In this document: positions 1 to 10,119 of the stretch, one piece after another
Numbering within the stretch: position 1 is the first letter of the stretch
Layout: each line of letters begins with the position of its first letter
Program-made: the position numbers and the translations under genes
Assembly (NCBI GenBank): GCA_041178485.1
Contig: JBEGVI010000103.1
Span: forward strand, 10,781-74,780
Direction: 5' to 3'
DNA from: Bacteroidota bacterium
GTDB lineage: Bacteria; Bacteroidota; Bacteroidia; Flavobacteriales_D; Crocinitomicaceae
Length of the DNA stretch: 64,000 bases
The notes under the pieces: model-generated
What the model was told of the DNA's origin: nothing
What the model saw: the letters and a program-made list of their open reading frames with translations, nothing else
Databases searched by the model: none

Positions 1-21
1 AAACCTTCAAGTTACATTGAC

Positions 22-29
22 TACCTTTG
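22..29 (+). promoter_or_regulatory. -7 box TAnnTTTG (tacctttg) upstream of ORF 49-522
   Basis: Exact match, 19 nt before the ATG. Confidence 0.5.
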
Positions 30-48
30 TTCTTAAATTGAAAGAAGT

Positions 49-522
49 ATGGCCCAGTTAATCCAATCGATTTATTTAGTTGTTGTAATTACTTTATTGT
101 CGATTTTACTCTCGGGAATAGAGATGATCACGTTTTCGAATGGACAATCCTTCAGTGAATTTTCTGTTTTTGGGCTCTACAGCGGTACTGTTGGCAGCGA
201 GCCTACCCATCCCGACATGGCATTTCCCTTTTACATTTTGGATATTATTTTAGTTGTGATGCATGCATTTGTTTTGTTCCCTCACAAAAAAATTAAGGTA
301 AAATTGAAATGGGCACAGTATAGTTTTTTAATTTATGTCCTTTCAGGTTTAGGACTTCTTATTTTTATGTTGACAGGCAGTGAATTGGCTTTGCAGGGTT
401 CTGCTGTCTCTCCGAAGGCAGGATTATTTTTATTCCTGGCCGGTATACCACTTTCATACCTCGCGGTTAAGTCGGTCAAAAAGGACAAAGCCCTCGTCGA
501 TTCAGTTGATCGAATTCGATAA
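49..522 (+). CDS. hypothetical multi-pass membrane protein (157 aa)
   Basis: Intact ORF with several helix-length hydrophobic segments. A TAccTTTG box lies at 22-29, and the stop is 3 nt before the ABC-F start. No family recognised. Confidence 0.5.
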   Translation: MAQLIQSIYLVVVITLLSILLSGIEMITFSNGQSFSEFSVFGLYSGTVGSEPTHPDMAFPFYILDIILVVMHAFVLFPHKKIKVKLKWAQYSFLIYVLSGLGLLIFMLTGSELALQGSAVSPKAGLFLFLAGIPLSYLAVKSVKKDKALVDSVDRIR

Positions 523-524
523 GT

Positions 525-2390
525 ATGAACTACCTCTCCGTTGAGAACCTTACCAAATCTTTTGGCGACCGGCTGATTTTTTCTGACCTTACATTTGGAA
601 TTGATCTCGGTCAAAAGGTGGCGATCGTTGCAAAGAACGGGAATGGAAAGACCACTTTGCTTCGCTGTCTTATGGGAATGGAAGAAATCGATTCCGGTCG
701 GGTCGTTTACCGAAATGATATTCGTGTGGCTTTCATGGAGCAAAGTGAAAATTTGAAAGAAACACATACGATTCTCGAAGAGGTTTTCTCGCATGATCTA
801 CCAGAACTTAATGCTGTCAAAAAGTACAACCAAGCCTTGAGAAAGGGAGATGAAGCAGCCATTGAAAGTTGCTTTCAGGAACTGACAGAATTGCATGCCT
901 GGGACATGGAAGTGAAGGTAAAACAGATCCTTTCCGTGCTAAAACTCGACGATACAGAGCGTATTGTAGGGACACTTTCCGGAGGACAGAAAAAGCGTGT
1001 GGCATTGGCAAAGGTTCTCGTTGCCGAAGCAGATTTTCTCATCCTAGACGAACCGACAAACCACTTGGATCTCGATATGATCGAATGGTTGGAAGAGTAC
1101 CTTTCAAAATCACGTTCGACCATTTTGATGGTTACTCACGACCGCTATTTTTTGGAAGTGGTGTGTGATCGAATCTTTGAATTGGACGACCAGACGATTT
1201 ATCAATACAAAGGAAATTTCTCTTATTACCTTGAGAAAAAAGCAGAACGACAGGAGCAATTGCAATCCACCGTGGAAAAAGCGCGCAATACCTTTAAGAA
1301 GGAATTGGAATGGATCAGAAGACAACCTAAAGCGCGGGGCACAAAACAAAAAGCAAGGGTAGACGCCTTCCAGGGAGTAAAGAAAGTGGCATCTCTTAAA
1401 TTAGAAGAAGATGAACTCGATATCCCGGTCAAAATGGAGCGGTTAGGTTCCAAGATCCTGGAACTGCATAAGATCAGTAAATCGTTTGGGGAGAAGCGCA
1501 TTCTGAATTCGTTCTCCTACAATTTTCAACGCAAAGAAAGGGTGGGCATCGTCGGAAATAACGGAACTGGAAAGTCTACCTTTTTGAATATGATTCAGAG
1601 CAAAGAACCCGTAGATACCGGCAAGGTTGTGACAGGGGACACCGTTGTTTTTGGGTATTACAGTCAGGAATTGATTCAAGTTGTGGATGACAAGAAGGTG
1701 ATCGATGTTATTCGGGATATTGCCGAATTCATTCCTTTGGAGAAAGGCAGGCAGATGTCAGCCGCGCAGTTTTTGGAGAAATTCCTGTTCGATCGTTCGA
1801 TGCATTACAATTATGTGCACAAATTGAGCGGGGGTGAAAAACGACGCCTGAAATTGATGACAATCTTGATGTCGAATCCGAATTTTCTCATTCTGGATGA
1901 GCCCACCAATGATCTGGACATTTTTGTCATGTCCGTTCTTGAAGAATATTTGCGTTCTTTTGAGGGATGTTTGATCGTTGTGTCCCATGACAGATATTTC
2001 ATGGACAAAATGGTAGATCATTTATTCGTTTTTGAAGGGGAAGGAGTTGTCAAAGATATCGTAGGAAACTATACAGAATACCGCAAAAAGAGCATTTCCG
2101 AAAAGCGAGAACTGTCCGTTACATTGAAGGAAGAGAAGCCGGTTTTGGTTTCTTCTGAGGTCAGACCCATAGAAAAGAGAAAATTGTCTTTCAAGGAAAA
2201 AATCGAATTTGAACAACTCGAAAAGGAGCTGGAAGAACTTGAAACGGAAAAACAAACCCTCACAGAAAACTTATCCAATGCGACACTTTCAAATGACGAC
2301 ATCGTTTTTACCGGATTGCGTCTGGCTGATGTCGTGAAGTTATTGGAACAAAAAACCGATCGATGGTTGGAATTGTCCGAACTGATTTGA
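525..2390 (+). CDS. ABC-F family ATPase (Uup/YheS-like, no membrane domain)
   Basis: Two ABC cassettes: Walker A GKNGNGKTT and GNNGTGKST, signatures LSGGQKKR and LSGGEKRR, Walker B LILDEPTNHLD and LILDEPTNDLD. Charged coiled-coil C-terminus. Confidence 0.9.
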   Translation: MNYLSVENLTKSFGDRLIFSDLTFGIDLGQKVAIVAKNGNGKTTLLRCLMGMEEIDSGRVVYRNDIRVAFMEQSENLKETHTILEEVFSHDLPELNAVKKYNQALRKGDEAAIESCFQELTELHAWDMEVKVKQILSVLKLDDTERIVGTLSGGQKKRVALAKVLVAEADFLILDEPTNHLDLDMIEWLEEYLSKSRSTILMVTHDRYFLEVVCDRIFELDDQTIYQYKGNFSYYLEKKAERQEQLQSTVEKARNTFKKELEWIRRQPKARGTKQKARVDAFQGVKKVASLKLEEDELDIPVKMERLGSKILELHKISKSFGEKRILNSFSYNFQRKERVGIVGNNGTGKSTFLNMIQSKEPVDTGKVVTGDTVVFGYYSQELIQVVDDKKVIDVIRDIAEFIPLEKGRQMSAAQFLEKFLFDRSMHYNYVHKLSGGEKRRLKLMTILMSNPNFLILDEPTNDLDIFVMSVLEEYLRSFEGCLIVVSHDRYFMDKMVDHLFVFEGEGVVKDIVGNYTEYRKKSISEKRELSVTLKEEKPVLVSSEVRPIEKRKLSFKEKIEFEQLEKELEELETEKQTLTENLSNATLSNDDIVFTGLRLADVVKLLEQKTDRWLELSELI

Positions 2391-2411
2391 TTTTCGATGA
2401 GTATTGAATCT

Positions 2412-2427
2412 TTTCTTCTGGAAGAAA
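2412..2427. terminator. weak hairpin between the convergent ABC-F and M1 peptidase genes
   Basis: tttctt-ctgg-aagaaa: a 6-bp AT-rich stem with no clear U-run. Confidence 0.25.
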
Positions 2428-2444
2428 TACGTCAAATCGTACTA

Positions 2445-5400
2445 TTAATTAATCAGTGAACTTAGGGAAAGTCCTTTGTTCACAATGTTCATTCGAAGTA
2501 CAAATTTGATCTTCTCTCCATAGGGTGAATTTCCAAAAGAGTCTGCCAGTTGTTTGCTCATCCATACGGGGAAATAAATGCCGAAAACTTTCGAAATTCG
2601 CATACCGACTCCAAAATCAAAAGCTGTATTTACACTTACTCCATTCGAAAAGGCACCTGCATCTGCATACACGCCAAGAAAGCCCAGCGCTTTTAGTGGC
2701 AATTGAGCGTAAAGATTTGTCGTGGCCATCCAGTTCGTTGTTGTGCCGTACCACGAGGATGATTTAAATCCACCCATATTGTCCTGTCTCTGTTGCGACC
2801 ACATCCCACTGATCTGTCCCCTACCGAAATAGTAATCCTCAAAGAACAAATCCTGAGCACCATCGGTACCATTTAATGACATGGCATACCGGTACGTGGA
2901 GGCTGTGATGTCTGAGTTAAAAAGAACGTAATTTCCAGCGAAACCGCGAAGTTCGATCCAACGGTTGTAATTTTTCTTCATGTAGCGGAACCGATAATTT
3001 CCTTCTACTGTAATTCTTGCCATTTCCGCATCGGCAGCTTTTAAGGCATCCAGACGAATGCCAAAATTCAGTTTATGGTCTGGAAGTGAATACGATACGT
3101 CATATTTGGCAAAACCTCCGTAATAATCTTGTGTAAAACCATTGTTGTAATTGTATCGGAGTATTCCTTGAACCAATACCGATTGAGAAATAAGTGAATT
3201 TTTTCTATTCCCCAGTTTTGCAGACCAATAGGGAGAAATAGCAGAGTAAGTCCCTTCTGCTTTGCGCATTTTTGGTTCGTCCTGATATTTGAATGATTTG
3301 AACGAAACCCCAATTCGACTTTGCTTTAATCCGCGTTTTGGCAAGGATGTGTAAGAAAATTCTCCTATACCGGATAGCATGTTCCTACCCGTTGAGAACA
3401 TCGGTGCAACTAAGTATTGGAACTTTTGAAATGGTATACCCATGTTGTGGACTGCCGCTCCGAACATAAAATGATCGTAAGTATTGCCACCGACGATTGG
3501 TGTCCAAAATACATTGGTCCGTCCTGATTCATGATCTCCGAAAAGGTATTCAGGTTTTACTAAGCCGATTTTTTTTAAAGGCCCTTCTGAATGCCAGTCG
3601 TTGTTGGTTCGGTTTATCTCTGGGATGTCTTTATTCGCATCGATGACAATTGCTGAAGGTTCACCAAGTTCTTGGCCGAAATGCACGGATTTATCCTGAG
3701 AAGACGGTTCGATCCATTGGGTGCTTTTTATTTCTCCGTTTTGAATGAAGTTTACCTCAATTGGTCCGTCAACTTGACCAACATTTTTCACCTGTACATC
3801 TGTTCCGTTTGAAGAAACACTGACATTTTTCAGTTTGTAATCAATGTGGTTCGTAGTTTGGATCAAATCTTCAAACAACCACCCGAGGTTTTTTCCGGAG
3901 GCACGTTCGAGTGTTTGCCGCATGTCTTCCGGTTGTGGGTGTTTAAACTTCCATTCCTCAAAATAGGCATGCATGCACTTGTCAAAAAGTTCCTCTCCGA
4001 GATAGTCTTTCAGGTAATAAAATACCAATCCGGTTTTCTGATACATGATGATGCCATAATTGGCAGAGGTAAATGCAGCCGAATGCGTTTCAATGGGTTG
4101 ATCTTCACCAAGAATGGAAATCAAACGGTAAGAGATGTCACCCATATCGTGATGATCCAGATCGTTTAAATGAAATCTTCCTCCCAGTACCATATCTGAC
4201 ATGCGTGTGTTGTCCGGATATTTTGTTTGAACATATCGAACTTCATTCAGTGTATTCATTCCTTCATCCATCCATCCGTGAACACGTTCATTGGATCCTA
4301 AAATACCGTAGAACCAATTGTGTCCGACTTCGTGAACGATTACCACTTCCAGCTCCTCTTTGCTTGAGGTACTTCCGATCACTGTGACATTAGGGTATTC
4401 CATGCCTCCTCCTGCTGAGATTGTTCCATCAACAGCAGTGACCTGATTGTAGGGATAGTCGCCGTTCCATTTGGAATAGAATAAGGTTCCGTCATTGATG
4501 TATTCAATGGCATACTGCCAGGTTTGCGCACTGCTCGGAACAAACATGGCCCAGGAAGTAACTGTTCTTTTGCTTTGAGGCAGTTCAACCTCTCCTTTCA
4601 GCACTGCGTATCGCTTGTCTGCAAACCATGCAAAGTCATGCACTTTAGACTGAGTATAGCGTATCGTTTTATATGCGCTCTCTGAAGCAGGAAAAGGGGT
4701 TGTTTTTGATCTTCCTTTGCTCACTGCTTCATTGGCCAGGTCTGTAATTCTTTTTTGCGTTTCAGCTGCTTTCGCATTTAGAAAATCGATTTCGCTCTGG
4801 GTTTGAAGATCTCCTGTAGCGCCTACCACATAATTCTTTGGAAGCGTGATGGTGACATCAAAAGAACCAAATTCGGAATAGAATTCACCCTGATTCAAAT
4901 AGGGAATCGCATTCCAGCCATTTTTATCGTAAACGGCAGGTTTCGGATACCACTGCGTGATCTGATATGACTGTCCGATATGCCCCAGCCTGGAGATTTC
5001 ACCTGAAGGAATTTTCACTTTAAAGGGAGTTGAAACGACGATTCTTCCGCCGGATTTAAGTGGTTCGTTTAAATGCAAAATTGAAATATCCGGATTTTTA
5101 GCATCGTATTCCCACTTCACTGCTGCTCCGTTTACCTTAAAATCAAGACTGTCAATGCCTCCTTTAAGGCTGTCGGCACCAAATTGCAAAAGCGTTTCTC
5201 CTCCTTTGTACAATTGTTTGGCTAAAGCTGTTTTGCCATTTCTGTATGCATTCGGCCATAGATGGATGTAAATTTTGTCCAGTTGATCGGGAGAATGATT
5301 TATGTATTCAAACGATTCGTATGCACTCAATGTATGCTCTTTGTCGTTCAATTTAACAGTGATCGTATAGTTTACTTCTTGTTGCCAATACGATTGAGAA

Positions 5401-5450
5401 TATGCCGGAATTACGAGGAAAGAAAAGAAAAGGATTGTCAGATTTTTCAT
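2445..5450 (-). CDS. M1-family zinc metallopeptidase with long C-terminal extension (1001 aa)
   Basis: Signal peptide. GGGMEYP (GAMEN-like) motif. HEVGH at aa 373-377 with WMDEG Glu 19 residues later, which is the gluzincin HEXXH-X18-E pattern. About 380 extra C-terminal residues. Confidence 0.85.
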   Translation of the reverse strand: MKNLTILFFSFLVIPAYSQSYWQQEVNYTITVKLNDKEHTLSAYESFEYINHSPDQLDKIYIHLWPNAYRNGKTALAKQLYKGGETLLQFGADSLKGGIDSLDFKVNGAAVKWEYDAKNPDISILHLNEPLKSGGRIVVSTPFKVKIPSGEISRLGHIGQSYQITQWYPKPAVYDKNGWNAIPYLNQGEFYSEFGSFDVTITLPKNYVVGATGDLQTQSEIDFLNAKAAETQKRITDLANEAVSKGRSKTTPFPASESAYKTIRYTQSKVHDFAWFADKRYAVLKGEVELPQSKRTVTSWAMFVPSSAQTWQYAIEYINDGTLFYSKWNGDYPYNQVTAVDGTISAGGGMEYPNVTVIGSTSSKEELEVVIVHEVGHNWFYGILGSNERVHGWMDEGMNTLNEVRYVQTKYPDNTRMSDMVLGGRFHLNDLDHHDMGDISYRLISILGEDQPIETHSAAFTSANYGIIMYQKTGLVFYYLKDYLGEELFDKCMHAYFEEWKFKHPQPEDMRQTLERASGKNLGWLFEDLIQTTNHIDYKLKNVSVSSNGTDVQVKNVGQVDGPIEVNFIQNGEIKSTQWIEPSSQDKSVHFGQELGEPSAIVIDANKDIPEINRTNNDWHSEGPLKKIGLVKPEYLFGDHESGRTNVFWTPIVGGNTYDHFMFGAAVHNMGIPFQKFQYLVAPMFSTGRNMLSGIGEFSYTSLPKRGLKQSRIGVSFKSFKYQDEPKMRKAEGTYSAISPYWSAKLGNRKNSLISQSVLVQGILRYNYNNGFTQDYYGGFAKYDVSYSLPDHKLNFGIRLDALKAADAEMARITVEGNYRFRYMKKNYNRWIELRGFAGNYVLFNSDITASTYRYAMSLNGTDGAQDLFFEDYYFGRGQISGMWSQQRQDNMGGFKSSSWYGTTTNWMATTNLYAQLPLKALGFLGVYADAGAFSNGVSVNTAFDFGVGMRISKVFGIYFPVWMSKQLADSFGNSPYGEKIKFVLRMNIVNKGLSLSSLIN

Positions 5451-5473
5451 GAGGTTCCAAAGTTTGAACGACT

Positions 5474-5515
5474 AAAAATAATAAAAAATAAAGGCTATCC
5501 GTTTGAATAGCCTTT
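5474..5515 (-). terminator. Rho-independent terminator after the MopE-repeat T9SS cargo gene
   Basis: 9-bp stem aaaggctat/atagccttt (5490-5498 with 5507-5515), followed on the minus strand by a T-rich run (the A-run 5474-5489 on the plus strand). Confidence 0.7.
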
Positions 5516-5534
5516 ACGTTAAAGCCGAAAGATT

Positions 5535-7247
5535 TTATTCCACTACAATGAGTTGTGTGTAAATAAAGTCAACAGACTTGACGTGAAGCATATATGTTCC
5601 TGCTGACATTTCAGAGATGTTAACTGTATCCTTTGAAGCATTCATCTCTTTAGAGAATATTTTTTGGCCATTCAGAGCAAAGACTTCAATTGTAACAGAA
5701 GTGGTCAATTTATCAATGGAAAGTTCAAAAATCCCGTTTGAGGGGTTTGGATAAACGTTCACAATTCCGAAGGAGTATTCATTCAATCCCAGGTAGTTAT
5801 CTGTTCCATCACAATTCTCGTCGATGCCGTTATTCATAATTTCAGTTGCACCGGGATACGTGGTAGGATCAGTGTCATCACAGTCATCGTTCAGGAGTGA
5901 GTAATCGGTTCCGGGGTTGTTGCAAAATGCCACAGCCGCTCCGGCTCCGTGTCCGTCATTGTCCCCGTCTACATAATAATTTGTCGTTGAAAGTCCTTCA
6001 TCCGCTCCGTTTTGACAGTTGTTATCGATTCCATCACAAATTTCCGGAGCCCCTGGATAAACAGTGTTGTCTGCATCGTCGCAATCCTGGTCATTGGTTA
6101 CGAATCCTGGACCTGATACGGTACAAAGTTGAATTGCCACACCGGTTCCAAAGCCATCGTTGTCCGCATCAACAAAATAATCTGTAAACACAGCATCTTC
6201 ATCAAAGAGTCCGTCACAATCATTGTCCGCGTTGTCGCAAATGTCAGCAGCACCCGGATAAATTGTATTGTCGGCATCGTCACAATCTCCTCCTGCAGTG
6301 GTATAACCGGCACCCGGATCTGCACAATAATTCATTCCTGATAAATCATCGCCAAATCCATCCTGGTCGTTGTCAAGATAGTACATTACTGCGGGTGTGA
6401 CTGTAAGGTCAATGGTCAGGATACTGTCGCATGTTAAACTATTGCTGATGCTTTCAGTATACGTTCCTGAATTCGAATAGGTAGTTCCTGAAGGTGAGAT
6501 GTAATCGCCACATGACGTTTCAGTTAGAATGGCTGAAGACGCACATCCCCATGTAATCGTAACATCATCAATGGACAAGCCATGATCACTTCCCGTATGG
6601 TCCACGTCGTCCCATTTCAGCATGATAAAGGAACCATCTGGTATAACAAGTCCGGGGATAGAAATGTTATTGAGCACCACTTTATTTGCTGCAGCGTTGC
6701 CATCCAATGCTCCGGCTGTGGCTGAATTGACTGGGCTAGAGGCAGAAAGAGCGGTAACCTGAGTCCATCCCGTAAAAACACCAGGCATTAGGTTGGTCAT
6801 CTGAGTTGATAGGATTTTATACCAGAATGTTACAGTATGCGGTGTTGTATTTCCACCACAACGCCATTGTTCCATTTTATAGCTTATGGACATCTGGGTA
6901 ACATCGGCACCTGAATTGTTCACAAATTGAACACCGTGTGCAAAATTTCCTCCATAAGAAGTGTTGCTTGATCCAATTGTGCCGATTGCCCGATCAGTGG
7001 AACCAGTGGAACCATAACTGTACAATCCACCGACATTGGAACTTCCGGTGCCGGCAGCATACGTAATGCTCGCAGTGGTTCGTTGGGAGTACCATGAGGG
7101 GATAGTGACATTGTCAATGAAATCATTCACGCTCCCTGTATTGAGCAAGGTGTTAAAGTCTTGATAGTGAGATCCTGACGTTGTTCCCATAGGGATTTGT
7201 GAGAAGCCGGAAACAGGAATTAAAAGTAGAAGTAAAAGTTTTTTCAT
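5535..7247 (-). CDS. secreted T9SS cargo protein with MopE-like Cys/Asp-rich repeats
   Basis: N-terminal signal peptide. Three repeats of the DNDxDGFG...CDDxDxxxYPGAxExCDxxDNDCDG type. C-terminal about 78 aa (VYPNPSNGIFEL...) looks like a T9SS sorting domain. Confidence 0.7.
   Translation of the reverse strand: MKKLLLLLLIPVSGFSQIPMGTTSGSHYQDFNTLLNTGSVNDFIDNVTIPSWYSQRTTASITYAAGTGSSNVGGLYSYGSTGSTDRAIGTIGSSNTSYGGNFAHGVQFVNNSGADVTQMSISYKMEQWRCGGNTTPHTVTFWYKILSTQMTNLMPGVFTGWTQVTALSASSPVNSATAGALDGNAAANKVVLNNISIPGLVIPDGSFIMLKWDDVDHTGSDHGLSIDDVTITWGCASSAILTETSCGDYISPSGTTYSNSGTYTESISNSLTCDSILTIDLTVTPAVMYYLDNDQDGFGDDLSGMNYCADPGAGYTTAGGDCDDADNTIYPGAADICDNADNDCDGLFDEDAVFTDYFVDADNDGFGTGVAIQLCTVSGPGFVTNDQDCDDADNTVYPGAPEICDGIDNNCQNGADEGLSTTNYYVDGDNDGHGAGAAVAFCNNPGTDYSLLNDDCDDTDPTTYPGATEIMNNGIDENCDGTDNYLGLNEYSFGIVNVYPNPSNGIFELSIDKLTTSVTIEVFALNGQKIFSKEMNASKDTVNISEMSAGTYMLHVKSVDFIYTQLIVVE
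5793..6383 (-). repeat. three tandem MopE-like putative metal-binding Cys/Asp repeats (coding)
   Basis: aa 289-485 of the 570-aa protein: D.D.DG.G......C......Y.....DCDD.D....PGA.E.C...DN.C. Confidence 0.65.
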
Positions 7248-7264
7248 AGGATGATTTTATAATC

Positions 7265-7272
7265 CAAAAATA
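7265..7272 (-). promoter_or_regulatory. -7 box (tatttttg) upstream of the MopE-repeat T9SS cargo gene
   Basis: Exact match on the minus strand, 17 nt before ATG 7247 and just downstream of the terminator of the preceding gene. Confidence 0.55.
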
Positions 7273-7295
7273 CACAAGAAAGGGACAAAATTCAT

Positions 7296-7330
7296 ATTCA
7301 AAATAAAAAAAGACGACCGAAGCCGTCTTT
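7296..7330 (-). terminator. Rho-independent terminator after the TlpA-like gene
   Basis: Stem aaagacg/cgtcttt (7309-7315 with 7324-7330), followed on the minus strand by ttttttatttt. Confidence 0.75.
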
Positions 7331-7333
7331 CAA

Positions 7334-8857
7334 TTATTTCATTTGTTCATCCTCTTCAGGGTCAGGTGGGAACAACTTCGGAAGATCTGCTTTTCCTTGA
7401 AGTCTGTCCAGCATTTCTTCCAATTGAGAAACGGATAAACTTTTTGCAATGATCTTTTTGTCTTTATCCAGAACAAATACTCTCGGTGTAGAAAAAATGT
7501 CGTAGGTTGTTTGATAATTTAAGGATTCAAGTGTGGTATATTTCGGAACAAACTGGCGCGCATCTTCCATGGCTGCTTTGAACAAGGGCTCGGTAACAGC
7601 TACATTGGTAAATGTAAGGTTGTTGTCTTTGATAAATTTCTTCCATTTTCCGAATTCTTCTCCAACGGCTTTTCCGACTGCAAAAATCTCAACGTTTCGC
7701 GCCTTCAGTTTTTCCTTGTATAATGTTTCGAGCTTCGGAGTTGTTTTCTTGCAATGACCGCATTCGGGATCCCAGAAGTAGAGGATGGTATATTCTGATT
7801 TCAGGCTGTAGAAGTCTTGCCATTTGCTGTCAGTCGTGTCACGAAGAATAATGTTTGGTGGGCGTACACCAAGAACCAGGTTCTTCTGAACAGGAATCTT
7901 TTCACACAATTCTTCCAGTTTATCTTGTTTCATCCAGAATGCCGGAGATTTTCCTTCGGCGTTTTTACTGCAATAGTATTTGTCCGCCATCAGGACATAT
8001 ACTTTGTCCATCCCCATGATGTTGCTTTTCCCATAGCTGGAGGTAATCCAGGAAACACAGTATTCGAATGTTTTTGACTTAGGATTCAATGCATCACAGA
8101 ATTTAAACGCATGGTGCAAGACGGTATCCCAGTGTTGGATCATCATGTTCTTTCCAAAATAATATTCCAGCTTAGAGTGAAAGATCGGGGTATTTACTAA
8201 CCGGTCATCTGTGAGGTCCACATTGTCCCAGAAGTGACTTCTGAAATAGGTGAAACGGAAGTTTGAATCGATGATGTTTCCTTTCTCATCTTTCGGTGCT
8301 TCAGGAATGTCAATATCCATAGACATTTTAACGATTTTCGAAACCAGTTTTCCCGGATTGGCTTTCATTAAATTATTCTGATAGTCCGTCACTTCTTTGT
8401 TCAATGCATCAATTCTGGTTGTCAATTCCTTATATTTCGGATCCTCAGATTTTAGTTTTGAACGCTCTTCTCCAAGCTTTCCTGCTTCTGATTTTTTTGG
8501 TCCGATGAATTTGATATAGTCAATGAATACCTTGTTCTCTTCGGATTTTTTGACCTTCATGTTATCTACAAAATCAGGCGATGCTGTTTCCAGAAATACT
8601 TCCTCTTTGTTGTAGATAAATTCGAAATATTTTTGTCCGGGAAGCAAGATCCCTAAGATTCCTGCTGCTTGTTTCGAACCGTCAAATTCGACAACCCCTC
8701 CTTTTAATTCGGCCGTATCAGCATAGTACAGTCCTTTTCCGAAATACTTGATAAGGTGAACCGTGGTGTCCTTTTGATTCGCAATCTTAAAGCGAAGTTT
8801 TTGTCCGAATATGAATCCTGACGCAAAAAAACAAAGAATAAACAGGCTTGATCTCAT
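7334..8857 (-). CDS. TlpA-like thiol-disulfide oxidoreductase with large N-terminal domain (DUF5106-like)
   Basis: Signal peptide. C-terminal thioredoxin fold with the WDPECGHCKK (CxxC) motif. Confidence 0.7.
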   Translation of the reverse strand: MRSSLFILCFFASGFIFGQKLRFKIANQKDTTVHLIKYFGKGLYYADTAELKGGVVEFDGSKQAAGILGILLPGQKYFEFIYNKEEVFLETASPDFVDNMKVKKSEENKVFIDYIKFIGPKKSEAGKLGEERSKLKSEDPKYKELTTRIDALNKEVTDYQNNLMKANPGKLVSKIVKMSMDIDIPEAPKDEKGNIIDSNFRFTYFRSHFWDNVDLTDDRLVNTPIFHSKLEYYFGKNMMIQHWDTVLHHAFKFCDALNPKSKTFEYCVSWITSSYGKSNIMGMDKVYVLMADKYYCSKNAEGKSPAFWMKQDKLEELCEKIPVQKNLVLGVRPPNIILRDTTDSKWQDFYSLKSEYTILYFWDPECGHCKKTTPKLETLYKEKLKARNVEIFAVGKAVGEEFGKWKKFIKDNNLTFTNVAVTEPLFKAAMEDARQFVPKYTTLESLNYQTTYDIFSTPRVFVLDKDKKIIAKSLSVSQLEEMLDRLQGKADLPKLFPPDPEEDEQMK

Positions 8858-8898
8858 AGTATTTTTTGTTGTGATTTAAAGTTACATCTATGACGTTG

Positions 8899-8906
8899 CA
8901 AAAGTA
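8899..8906 (-). promoter_or_regulatory. -7 box (tacttttg) upstream of the TlpA-like gene
   Basis: Exact match, 41 nt before ATG 8857. Confidence 0.45.
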
Positions 8907-8940
8907 TAAAGAGTGGACGATTTAACACTTCATTAACCTT

Positions 8941-10116
8941 TCAGAATTCATTGTAAATGCCTTTTTTGGCGGTGAGGTAGCTGGAAATAGCGAATAGAAC
9001 GAAACTAACCAGCATTGCTGCGGGTGCAAAAAGCGAAATTTCTTTACTGATATACAACCCTCCGGATTCGAAAATATCGTCCAGAAAATATTTTAGAAGA
9101 AGAAAGGAACCTGAAGAAAATAAACAGATAAGCCCGAACACTTTTAGGAAGTATATCAGGAAACTTTGAACGATGGCCGACGGATGATAGCCAATACGCA
9201 TCAGGGTTCGCACTTCATATATATTTCGTGACATCAGCAGCTGCATGTATTGAATCAGCACCAGGCCGGAGGCAAACACAGCAATTATGGAAATCCCAAG
9301 CACTACAAGAAAGAGTGTCCCAACTACACTTTTCAGCCGGCCAACGAGCATCTGAGCATTTTTTGATTCCAGACCACGTTTCTTTAATAAGGATTCTAAT
9401 TTTCCAAATTCACTCTCCTTCCCGGATACCATAAGCTGGGTGATCTTTTTATCTCTTGTTGCCGTGAATTTGGCATTGCCGTATTCCATGAACTTACCCG
9501 GGACAAGAATGGAAGAAACTTCGTTCGTAAACCCAATAATTCGGGCATCGACGTATTCATTTTTAGTGTCGTCTTTCAATTTGAACTTGAACTTGACATC
9601 CATTGCAAGGTCATCTGAGACAGGGGGGATGCCGCTGGCGGACATAAATGTATTCAACATCACGAGAAATTCCCTGGGCATGATGATCGGAACAAATTCA
9701 TCCCCTTCCTGCCAGTGCCATTTTTTTGATTTCACGTCGAGAAATTTCGGATCCACTGTCTGAATGAAGACGTCTGTTCTGAATCTAGGAACCAGAGGAT
9801 CTGCTGTTTCGAAGGACACATCGAAATTGTTGCTGATAACCGGTTGCGCATCGGCAATGTAAGGTTCATTCCTGATCTTTTGAATTTCACGTTCTGAGAA
9901 ATCCATTTTATTCAGGTTCAGGGAACTTGAATTTGATACTTTCTTCTGGACGATCAATGTGTTTGGTCCTAAAATGTCGGCGCCTTTGCCAAATTCATTG
10001 ACCTTGATAAGGTAATGTATCGCACTGACCAAAAATGTCATTCCAAGAAACGCTCCTGTGAAAGCTATCGCAAGTTGTTTCCTGTCCTGATTTCGAAAAA
10101 GCAGTTTATTCAGCAT
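8941..10116 (-). CDS. FtsX/MacB-type ABC transporter permease
   Basis: One N-terminal TM helix, a loop of about 220 aa, and three C-terminal TM helices. Lies directly downstream of an ABC ATPase with a 3-nt gap. Confidence 0.7.
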   Translation of the reverse strand: MLNKLLFRNQDRKQLAIAFTGAFLGMTFLVSAIHYLIKVNEFGKGADILGPNTLIVQKKVSNSSSLNLNKMDFSEREIQKIRNEPYIADAQPVISNNFDVSFETADPLVPRFRTDVFIQTVDPKFLDVKSKKWHWQEGDEFVPIIMPREFLVMLNTFMSASGIPPVSDDLAMDVKFKFKLKDDTKNEYVDARIIGFTNEVSSILVPGKFMEYGNAKFTATRDKKITQLMVSGKESEFGKLESLLKKRGLESKNAQMLVGRLKSVVGTLFLVVLGISIIAVFASGLVLIQYMQLLMSRNIYEVRTLMRIGYHPSAIVQSFLIYFLKVFGLICLFSSGSFLLLKYFLDDIFESGGLYISKEISLFAPAAMLVSFVLFAISSYLTAKKGIYNEF

Positions 10117-10119
10117 GGC

